From Squalus acanthias (taxonomy: Eukaryota), in NCBI GenBank assembly GCA_030390025.1, contig JASTWF010000033.1, positions 3,040,001 to 3,104,000 of the forward strand: DNA of 64,000 nucleotides, given 5' to 3'. This document shows positions 25,606-35,819 of this stretch, one piece after another; the stretch's first letter is position 1, and each line of letters starts with the position of its first letter. Below the pieces are notes generated by a model. The model saw only the letters and a list, made by a program, of their open reading frames with translations. It ran no database searches and was not told the origin of the DNA. Both the position numbers and the translations under genes were made by a program.

Positions 25606-26961
25606 TGAAGGAATAATTACAAGTCCTAGCCCTTATCGGGCTACCCCAGATCAGGTGTATTCCCCAGATGTTCACCTTCAACTAAAGTTAGAGATAGCCG
25701 AATTCTATAAGACGCTTAATTGATTGGTCTAAAGGTCAGACTACCTATCTCTAAAGGAAAGGAACGACGTGAAGATGTTACCGTCTTCCGGATAGCACTT
25801 TTAATAAGTTTACCTAGACTGTAACCTTCCGGATACTACGAGTGTCTGGAACACCCCCCAGAATTCTGCTACTCCTTTGAGAATACAGAAATTGAGTTCG
25901 CGAGTTTATACAGAAATACTCTGTGAGAGAATTCTAAAAATATTTAGATTTATTGAAGAACCGACATTTAGTTAACACCTGTTATGGCAATCGCAACTTT
26001 ATCCGTTCAAAATACAAATAGCTTACATTTCTTATGAGAGATCCTTTATCTCAAATCTTAACTTCGTAACATTTCCACACTTCTACTTATTTCTTAATCC
26101 AGAATATCCACCAAAATCAAATATATTGATCACCCGAGACTCAGAGTTGTAAACTTACAGAGTGTGCCTGTGAAGTTGAGAAACGCTTGCCCTTCCAGCG
26201 ACTTCTGACTTTTCAGCTGAAAAGCTCTTATTTTTATGCTATTTTTTAGTGGTATTTTATTTGAAGTATTCTGCTGATGTAAGCTAATTGTCTCTAGTGA
26301 TACTCTATTGAATTCTTTTCTATTCTTACTTTCGTTTCAACTGTTGCAACCAGACTTGTGTCTCTAACTTTAGGTGTTTCAAAAACTTATCATTTTTATG
26401 GTTATTATCGATTTATCTATTTGTTGCCATTCTTAGGAAGCATTTCGATTGAATTTCTAAATCACCTCTGCTGTTTGTAACACAGACTCCTGTCTCTTTT
26501 GCATTTCTTATTTACTTCAATTGGTTATATTGAGAACCATGTCTCCTTGTTCTAAGTTTAACATAAAACTATTTTACGGCAGGTATTTCTTTTACTTGAT
26601 GTGATTTTTTCAAAGGCACTTGTTTTTTTTAATGTTCTGTGCACCTGTTCGACGTGTTAGATTGTGACACTTTACTTGGGTCATTCCATTGTGTTGGTTC
26701 CAATGTCCAGACATAGAGGAACCTCCAGCCTGCTGTTTCAATAGGGCCATGTCTTTGTATTTACAAACATTTCCCATTTCAAAGGTTTTGATTTTTACAA
26801 CGTTGTTAACAACTGATCTTTATCTCAGAAGCCTGTTTTTCTGTTTTATGGCTTGTGTCGTTGAGGCTTTTAGATTTTTAACCCCAGTTTGTCATGTTTT
26901 AATATTATCAAATCTGGTTATAGGATGATGTATTTCGTGGAATATGGCTATTTCCTTCACA
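25606..26961 (-). repeat. 3' LTR of the foamy-like provirus (1356 bp)
   Basis: Minus strand starts TGTGAAGGAAATAG and ends TTATTCCTTCA; AATAAA at 25954-25949; aligns to 33041-34815. Confidence 0.95.
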
Positions 26962-26972
26962 CCGCCACCTTG
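26962..26972 (-). other. Degenerate polypurine tract
   Basis: Minus strand AAGGTGGCGG directly abuts the 3' LTR TG. Confidence 0.5.
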
Positions 26973-27579
26973 ACCAAAAGATGAGCTTAAAACTTCAGGG
27001 CAGACTTTGGTCAATGATACTCATAAGGTTACAATAGCATATTAAGTTCACGAGATGCACAATCATGTGCTGCATGAAAATTCTTTTAAAATCATCCTAG
27101 GACTATGTTTTGCCTTATTTTAAATTGAACACAATTTAAAAGGTAGATAGTACATAGTCATGTAATGAGCGAAACTACATGTCCTAAGAATGTTCAATCG
27201 GCAGATGTAAGTTCACTGTAGGTGAGTTATTCATACGAGTCAAGGAGACGTCATTGGAAACTAGTTGAAGCTTGACACGCTGATCCTTCGATCCGACGTG
27301 TGTACAGATGATTGTATTCGTAAAGGCCTTGCCGGGCACTCAGTTGATTCCTTCTTTATCCGCGATGTCTTCCTCCTTCATTAAAGTAACTCATTGATCT
27401 TTCCTTGTGTCAGTTGTTGCTTTTCGCAAATCCAAATCCTGATGCGTTGCCAAGTAACGTGTAGAAGAGCTGACGACACCTTCTGACTTCCCATCGTCAG
27501 TAATTCGATCGCATCCATTTCCTGTGTCGTGTTGCAAACTGGGTCTTAAAAGACAGTATACAACTGCACCTTGTATTGT

Positions 27580-30500
27580 TCATCCTTTTCGATAGCCTGC
27601 AGGACATCTTTTGATATTGTATCCGGAGACAGTTTTAAAAATATGCTTGCCATTCGGCTGGTTAACATTTATTTGAACTGATCTTTCGTTAATAACAGAA
27701 TGTATTTGAACAGGTTTTTTCCACTTCGGTCTTAAACCAGGTTTCTGCTCGAACTTCTTTTCCTGTACCCATTCTCCTACTATGGGTTGCCAAGCTTCAT
27801 TTGTCAATGTTTTCTGCCTACTCGCCTCCCTTATCCTCTGATCAATTCGATGAATCTCCTCTGTTACTTCTTTTTTTAAATCTAACTGCCGCTGCCGGGT
27901 CAAGGACTCAGAGTGAGTAGAGGTAATAAAAGAACTATGGGTAAGCGGTGTATGCATCTCAACCCCATACATTAGATAATATGGAGGTTTAGGGGCACTA
28001 TCCCTGATGCAGATGTTATTGCATTATTGAGTGATAGCTGCACCTCCGCAATGATGGTGGTCAACTTATTCCCCCTGATTCTCAACAGTTTGACCAATAG
28101 CTTTTTTACTTCCTGGTTTTTACGTTCAACCAGCCCCGCTGATTGCGGGTGACGTGCGTGCTGTGATGTAACCCAATCCCCCTTTGTTCGCAGTACTCTT
28201 TCAAGACCTTGGATAAAAATGTTCCGCCTTGATCGGAGTGTAAGATTGTGGGTGCGCCAGCTACAGTAATTATATCAGAAATAGCCCTGGCAAGTGCGGT
28301 TGCCAAAACAGTTTTTGTGGGGACCAACCAGCAAAAGGAAGTGCATCCATCCACACAAACGAGAACATGTCTATATCCCAAAGATGGTGGGAAGTGGTCC
28401 AATAAAGTCAATGAAGAATTTTCCCATTGGCTCTTCAGCTTTCACAGGAGCCAATGGTGGTGGCTTAATTAGTGATGACTTATTGGTCAAATAGCATGGC
28501 TCACAATTTACCACGTATGTTTTACAGGCTTTAAGCATGCTTGGCCACCAATATAAGGGGGTCAATTTAAAGAATGTTGTTCTGGCACCACAGTGTGCTT
28601 GACTTATACCCTCGTGAGCTTCTTTTACAAGCTGTTCTCGTTTGTGGCTCGGGGGTACTTCTCGGTTTCCATTGGGCAACTTAACTAGTACAATACCGGT
28701 AGGGGTTTCCGAGTAAGAGTACTTTGGTGGATATCCTGGTGGACTCTCTTGTGTTGGGTCTAATAGCTGAATCAGTTAGTCATCCTGATTAGCTGCCTGT
28801 TCTGCACTAGTGATTACACTAACATCGGCAGGCCCCTCTCGAGGGGGTGTCATGCAGACCGAACGTTTCGCTTGTTCGTCTGCAAGACTGATTCCTTTTG
28901 AGTGTACTGTCTCAGTGGTATGCCCGTTTAAATGAATCACCTGACAATGATTTTTCTCCATTCTCGAACGGAGAATGTCTTCCCACAATGTCTTATGTTT
29001 TATGGGTTTGCCCTTATGATTGGTAAAATTTGTTTGTTCCCAGAAAACTAGATCTTTGTTATATCCTCTTTTACAGGAGTCACTATCCGTGCAGATTAGT
29101 GTGCGTTTAATAGAATCTGCTTTCTCTAAAGCATATCGTAATGCTGCGGCTTCAGCATATTGCGCTGTCTTATTGCCAAGGGGCATAGACAGTAATTCTT
29201 CTGGATAAAAAGAATAGGAATCTCGAAAAGTCTCTACTACTATCCCCATCCCAGCTGAAGATTGTTGGGATGTCCCTTTTTTAATCGTCATTGGCGATCC
29301 ATCACAGTAAATAACTTGATGTTATTCTGTAAGCGGTCTCATAGGTCTTTGTCTGATTCCCTCCTGTGTAACAGCATTCTCCATGATGGGGAGATGCTCT
29401 AAGTCAATTTCCGGGGAGAGGAAGTTAAAAATGAGTGTAGGATCTTTCAAGAATGATGCCCATTTATCATATCGGATCTGGGTGGCTCTTTTTTCATCAG
29501 AAGCCATCCTCAATACTGATCTTAAATCGGGAATCTCAATATAAATGGTGAAAGGGCCCTTCCATTGAACGGTTCGTGCCTTGATGAGGCATTGGACTAC
29601 CATAGTCATGACCCTTTCTTTTTTACTGTCCCTCCTTTCGACATTGGAACAGTTATACGAATGGAACTGAATGGGCACTCTGCTCTTTTCATTATAAAAA
29701 CTGCAACATGTACTTTAGGTAATGACCTGAGATGAATATTGAGGGGAACTTGTAGGTCCCGCTGTTCCAGGTCTATGGCTTTTTGTACCTCTCGGCATAA
29801 TTGTTGCAATATTGAGATATCGTCTGGTGAAAATATGAATGTTCCTTTCGCTGCTTCGCCCACTCCAGCATACAAGGGTGCTGAGAGCTCTGCAAAGGTT
29901 GGTGTAAAGGATCGAGCAAAATTCAGAAGTCCTAAACTGGCTTGCAGGTGTTTCAGAGTTTTAGGATATTGAATGGTGGCTAATTTTTAATTTATAGGTT
30001 TGAGTTAATCCTTACCGTTTCCAGTTATTCTCAGGCCCAGAAAATCTACCTCTTCCCGAACTAGTTGACTCCTTTTTATGTTGATTAAATACCCAGCAGT
30101 TGTAAGTCTGGAGAAAACACTATCAATGGCTTTCAAGTGTTCTTGGAGATTGTCATGTGACAAATATATATCGTCCACATAAGAATTGACGTTAGGTAGG
30201 TATTTTAAAAGGTCAATGATATGGGCTGAAAAGAGAACGGGACTGTTTTGAAATCCCTGGGGCAATCTGGTCCAGCAATACTGATGGCCATCGGGTCCAG
30301 TCATTGCAGTTTTTGGCCAATCAGATTGTTCGATTGGATGTGACCAGAAGCCGTTTGCTAGATCAATATAAGATTTATATTTTTCCCTCGTGATTCCAGA
30401 GAGAAGGGCTGTGGAATTTTCCTGTTGTAAAGTATGTGGGGCCGTTACCTTATTTAAGTCTGTATAATCGACCACTAATCTCCACCTCCCATCTGGTTCA

Positions 30501-31170
30501 GCAAAACCAAACAATGGTGAATTAGTTCTTGATGCCATTTTCGTTAAGACACCTTGTTCTGTTAGTTCGTTGAGCGTTGTTAGGAGATCTATTTTTCTTT
30601 TATGGTCTCGAATAGGCCTCTGTTTCTTAGGCTTGTACCAGCCAGCATCAAGTGGGTGGGGGTTGATGTTTATCTTTCCACATTGATTTGGATGGCGTTG
30701 TAGATACGGGGAGTATTTATTTATTAGTTTCTCGAGGAGGTCTTTGCCTCCCCCCTCTAGGCAATTTCGATCAAGCTGTGTCCGAACATGTTTTTCCCTG
30801 TCATCCTGGTTTGTGGATGCTTCTACAGGTTTGGTTGAAATATTAAGGTAATGTTGCATGTCTGGTTGTCTTATAATGCGGGAACTGGCCAATTGTGGGA
30901 CCAGTCCTACATCTAGGGTTACCGTTATTCCATATTTAGTAATATATACTTTGTAAAAATTAATTATTTTGTTTCTGTTTTGTGTCAATCCCCCAAATGA
31001 TTTTTGTTACAAATTGGACTTCCCAAACCTGTCCAGTTAGTTATTATAATTGCATGATCTATTACAGTGTAATCAGCCTCCGTATCAAACAGGGACTTCA
31101 CTTGTGTGTTTTTGGGCAAGGTTGCCAAGGCTTAGGGGAATTCAAGAGGACCTGGCTTGGTGCCAGGCAT
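27580..31170 (-). pseudogene. pol: Foamy-type pol (protease-RT-connection-RNase H-integrase) with stops and frameshifts
   Basis: PR LFDTEADYTVI (DTG mutated, 31086-31078); RT KYKSYIDLANGFWSHPI, QYCWTRLPQGFQNSP, YVDDIYLSHD; RH YCDGS..AGMGIV, PLGNKTAQYAE, CTDS, NHKGKPIKH; IN GYPPKY, AH..AHCG..LYWWPSM..CEPC, FFIDFIGPLP, LHSDQG, VERKN, WQPIVGEWVQE..LRPKW. Confidence 0.95.
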
Positions 31171-32744
31171 TCAATCCTGGGATTGCTCATCCTCAGGATC
31201 CTGAGCTTAATTTGCTGCTTTGTCTTTAATTATTTTAACTGATTTTTGTCCTCCACTTGGGAGTATCATATTTTCCAGATCCCTGAGGGGGTTTGTTGGA
31301 CCGTTTATTATCTTGACGACCCTCCTGTTGAGGTGGACGTTGGTTCTGCCGGGAGTCTTTTTGATCCGCATCAGTTTTCCCGATATCGTCCCATGGCTCT
31401 CTGATAACTTTGTCCAGTGTAAAAGCTGTCCCCATAGGGAGTCCACTGTCTTTGGCTTTCGTTTCCAGGTCTAGCCCCTCGTCTATCCTATCTTTCCGAG
31501 GAGAAATCTTTCTCGTATTGTGGGCGAGTTGGTGATGCAAACATTCTGGAATACACTCTTGGGGGTCCCGAGCCACGAGCTTGTGACTGGGCGGGGTGGA
31601 CTTGAGACTTGTGTCTATACCGTCCTTGGTTCTGAATACCAAAGGTACCTTCTCCGGTTATTATATCCCTAGTTTCTGATCTCATTATAGGTTTAGTTTG
31701 GGGTAGAACTAAGAGGTCATGATTTAATTGGATAATACGTTTGACATTATCCCATTTTTGTTGGTTATCGCGATAATCGTTAAGAGCACCCTCACAAGCA
31801 AGTTTGAGGGCTGTATTTTGGTATTGATTGGCCAGGCAACCGTGGACAATATCCCAGTTATCCTCTGTAAGTACTTTGCCTATTCTGTAGGCAGCTACCA
31901 GTCCTTTAGTTGTGGCTGTATTAGTGAGTATTTCCTTGATGGAACCCATTACGTGTCCTCCCTGAGTTACCGTGAGAACATAAGTGTATATTTGAACCCA
32001 GTTGTTACACTAATTTAACGGGGGTATTAAGACTGAACTTAGTATCATTTGCAGTAGTTGCCTCAGGTTTTGAGCATTCCAATCTTAGCAACAGGTTTCC
32101 AATTTATCAAGGTTATTTAGAATCCAGCAAGTTTTTTCCTGGCTTGTGTTTCCTGGTTTACCACACATCGTGTAGATAGAACTGAGGTTTACTTGACCTT
32201 GGGGCGCAATTTGTGGTTGCTGGGGTTGGTTTACTGGACCATTAATCATTGCACGTCAATCATGTAGATAACAGTGAGCCAGTGCCTGTCGGCATTGATT
32301 ATAATGAATTCTAAGCTCTCTATAGTTTTCTCGAAGATTGTGGTCATTTATTTCTTCATGAGTTTGCCACTTTAACCGTAATCCATGGCCCCCAGGAGGA
32401 TAGGCTGCTCCGGGTCCTGCTATTCGGTCATGGTTGCCACCACCTTGTTGGGCACCGTTCAATAGGCCTCCCAATTAAGCAGGTGTGCACCTTATCATTA
32501 AGGAATTTATTGGATCTGGTGTATTTGTTTGATTATCCCACAGGATATTCTGTATCCCCAGGTTCTGGGGATCAACATTAATCGTACCATGAGTTCTAAC
32601 GGCTCCTAAGGCATCAAAGCCTTCTATTTCAAAAATTATCACTTGGTCTTGTGGGGCTTCAGGGATAGGATTATTTCCCCTAATAAAGCAGTCGTTTAAA
32701 TTTTCTAACAAAAAGACTTGGCCAATTCCGACAGGGTTTGCCAT
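31171..32744 (-). pseudogene. gag: Foamy-type gag (about 520 codons, interrupted by stops)
   Basis: Single frame from ATG 32744 through in-frame stops to 31488: N-terminal LENLNDCFIRGNNPIPEAPQDQVIIFEIEG; capsid-like GLVAAYRIGKVLTEDNWDIVHGCL (cf. foamy GVATAYTLGMMLSGQNYQLVSGII); G/R/Q-rich C-terminus; no Cys-His knuckle. Confidence 0.8.
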
Positions 32745-33020
32745 TTTTTCAGGACCTAACCTCGGTTAGGATTTAATTGCATCAGGACCTAACCTCGGTT
32801 AGGGTTTAATATGAACTTTATAAGAAGCTTCTAGACCTCAATGGTATATTGAGGGAATTCTGATTTAACTTCTACAAGGCCTGATCAAGGACTTGTTGTC
32901 TCTAGAAACATAAATCTGGGTCTTAGTACCACCGTCAGTAAAACACTCCTTCTATACTTAACAATCTACAGGATATATATAGATATAAATATAAGTATAG
33001 GTTCTGTATCAACTCGTTAA

Positions 33021-33038
33021 CACACACGTTCGGGGCCA
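33021..33038 (-). other. Primer-binding site, tRNA-Lys1,2-like (degenerate)
   Basis: TGGCCCCGAACGTGTGTG two bases after the LTR ...CA; 13/18 match to TGGCGCCCAACGTGGGGC. Confidence 0.7.
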
Positions 33039-33040
33039 AC

Positions 33041-34815
33041 TGAAGGGATAATTACAAGTTCTAGCCCTTTTCGGGCTACCCCAGATCAGGCGTATTCCCC
33101 AGACGTTCACTTTCAATTAAAGTTAAAGATAGACGAATTCTATAAGTCACTTAATTGGGTCTAAAGGTCAGACTACTTATCCCTAAAGGAAACGAATAAG
33201 GTGAAAGTGTTACCATCTTCCGGATAACACTTTTAATACGTTTAACTAGAATGTAACCTTCCGGAAATTATAAGGGTCCGGAATACCCCCCAGAATTCTG
33301 CAACTCCTTTGAGTATACAGAAATTGAGTTTGCGTGTTTATACAGAAATACTCTGCGAGACAATTCTAAAAATATATAGATTTATTAAAGAACCGACATT
33401 TAGTTAAGACCTGTTATGGCAATTGCATCTTTAACCGTTCAACATACAAATAGCTTACATTTCTTATCAGCGATGCTTATTCTCAAATCTTAACTTCGCT
33501 AAATTTCCACACTTCTACTTATTTCTTAATCAAGAATATCCACCAAAATCAAATACCTTGATTAACCGAGACTTAGAGTTGTAAACTTACAGAGCGTGCC
33601 TGTGAAGTTGAGAAACACGGTGACATAGTGGTTAGCACTATTGCCTCACAGCGCCAGAGACTTGGGTTCAGGATCCGGCCCCGGGTGACTGTCTGTGTGG
33701 AGTTTGCACATTCTCCCCGTCTCTGCGTGGGTTTCCTCCGGGTGCTCCGGTTTCCTCCCACAGTCCAAAGATGTGCGGGTTAGGTTGATTTGGCAATGAT
33801 AAATTGACCCTTAGTGTTAGGGGGATTAAATACGTGGGGTTACGGGGATAGGGTGGGATATGTGTCGGTGCAGTCTCGATGGGCCGAAATGGCCTCTATG
33901 TGCACTGTGGGATTCTGCGAACATTCTGTAAACGCTTGCCCTTCCAGCCACTTCTGACTTTTCATCTGAAAAGCTCTTATTTTTATACTCTTTTTTAGTG
34001 TTATTTTCTTTGAAGTATTCTCTTAATGTAAGCTAATTGTCTCTTGTGATACTCTATTGAATTGTTTTCTATTCTTACTGTAGTTTCAACTGTTGCAAAT
34101 AGATTGTGTCTCTACCTTTAGGTGTTTCAAAGACTTATCATTTTTATGTTTATTATCGATTTATCTATTTGATGCCATTCTTAGGAAGTCTTTCTATTGA
34201 ATTTCTATATCACCTCTGCTGTTTGTAACACAGACTCCTGTCTCTTTGCGTTCCAAGTTTAACACATAAACAATGTAATTGCTTGGGGTCGTCTACTGAT
34301 GTAATAGTTACAAAGTCTCTCTGTAGTTACTTTTTACAATTTGTAATTCAAAAACACTTCATCTAGGGTGTTCTTTACATTTCTTAGTTACTTCAATTGG
34401 TTATATTAAGAATCATGTCTCCTTGTTTTAATTTTAACATAAAACTATTTAACGGCAGGTATTTATTTTACTTGGTCATTTTTTCAAAGGCACTTGATTT
34501 TTTAATGTTCTGTGCACCTGTTCGACGTGTTAGATTTTGTCGCTTTACTCCGTCATTCCATTGTGTTGGTTCCAATGTTCAGACATAGAGGAACCTCGAG
34601 CATGCTGTTTCAATAGGGCCATGTCTTTGTATTTATAAACATTTCCCATTTCAACTTTGTTAACAACTGATCTTTATCTCAGAAGCCTGTCTTTCTGTTT
34701 TATGGCTTGTGTCGTTGAGGCTTTTAGATTTTTAACCCCAGTTTGTCATGTTTTAATATTATCAAATTTGTTTATAGGATCATGTATTTCTTGGAATATG
34801 GCTATTTCCTTCACA
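33041..34815 (-). repeat. 5' LTR of the foamy-like provirus (1775 bp including a 313-bp SINE)
   Basis: Same termini as the 3' LTR; TATAAAAA at about 33987-33980; AATAAA at 33386-33381; extra about 130-bp U3 segment (about 34250-34378). Confidence 0.95.
33617..33929 (+). mobile_element. HE1-type V-SINE inserted into the 5' LTR
   Basis: tRNA head ACGGTGACATAGTGGTTAGCAC, V-domain, tail GATGGGCCGAAATGGCCTC; absent from the 3' LTR; AAAC on both sides. Confidence 0.9.
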
Positions 34816-34968
34816 GCACAACCGAGGAGCAGATAGAGAGACCACTCGTTCTGCCTCCCCTCAGATAGCCCTGGCCTGTCAGTCAAACCCAATTTTCACA
34901 GTTCACAGCACCTCATCAAACAGTGAGCTGCTTCCCCCACCTTGATCCAGAACCCAAAGTGAGTCTGT
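34816..34968 (-). pseudogene. 5' part of a putative dynein-like pseudo-exon split by the provirus (3' part at 25601-25586)
   Basis: Acceptor TCCTCCTCTCCGTTCACAG| at 34969; after removing the provirus the exon ends ...CATGTAG|GTACGT at 25585; DSLWVLDQGGGSSSLFDEVL resembles dynein ED.N.LL..GE...LF..DEL. Confidence 0.35.
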
Positions 34969-35819
34969 CTGTGAACGGAGAGGAGGATAAACGTGCAGTG
35001 TCCTCAATAAAATATTCTTGCGTCTGTATGCGCCCTCCCCCAGTGACCTTTAGTAATAATTAAAGTTTGTAGCTAACTATTAATATAATGCAATACATCA
35101 AAACACCTGTAAAATGTCTCTTTCTTTGTAAAATGATGTGCAAACTCTAAACTCTAAACAGATTTTTGCGAATAAATTTTTTGCTGCTCCCAAGTTCCCA
35201 GAGTGAGCGAGGCGACGGCTGATAGCAGCGATGGCCGCCTTAGACAGCGCATTACTGCCTATTCCTAGGAATCAGATATTACTGCGACAGAGTTGTGCAG
35301 AGCTTTGAGTCTTTAACGTATAGGTGTAACAAACAGATGTGTGAGCGCTACACTCTGAGCAGTTTTATTTCCATTGCAAGTCTCTGTTTCTGCGGGCACT
35401 TGAATTTTGTTTCCGACACGATGATTCTGTTTCTAGCAGAGACTTACATTCCCCGGATTCCCAACCAGTGCCTTGTGTAACTGGTTGTCTGTTAGTCTTC
35501 AGACAGCCCGGATCCTGTTAAACTGAACAGTTTCTCACTGAGATCACTCTGTTATAAACATTGAAGATTTTTACCCAGACCCTTAAAAATAGTCTATAAA
35601 GTGAGAAAAGAATGAAAGTTCATCAAATTCGGTGCAATGGAGCACAGGTTAATAAAGTTATCCCCGTCACTCTGTAACCACGTTAGGCATTCCTTCAAAC
35701 TGTCGAATAAATTACACTTCGGAAAATAATTATTTCTGTGTAAAATATGTAATGGTTCCTCAACTGTTTTATAAAGATTTAATTCACGATCTAAAACTCG
35801 AAGTTGCATGAAACAGCAC

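Larger units (their letters stand above)
25606..34815 (-). mobile_element. Endogenous foamy-virus-like (Spumaretrovirinae-related) provirus, LTR-gag-pol-LTR, env-less, defective
   Basis: Paired LTRs, GCAC TSD (25602-25605 and 34816-34819), Lys-type PBS, and Gag/RT/RH/IN translations resembling prototype foamy virus proteins. Confidence 0.95.

Noticed and set aside
26689..26928. 79-aa ORF in U3 as a possible accessory gene (also 34397-34588)
   Set aside because: Antisense to the provirus, non-ATG start, and not preserved as the same ORF in the other LTR.
26962..27610. Remnant env leader peptide in alternative frames
   Set aside because: Only short ORFs (under 50 aa) with no hydrophobic helix or foamy Env leader WxxW motif.
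27750..27840. Central polypurine tract in integrase
   Set aside because: Purine runs exist (AGGAAAAGAAG, AAGGGAGGCGAG) but none clearly duplicates the degenerate 3' PPT, so it cannot be called.
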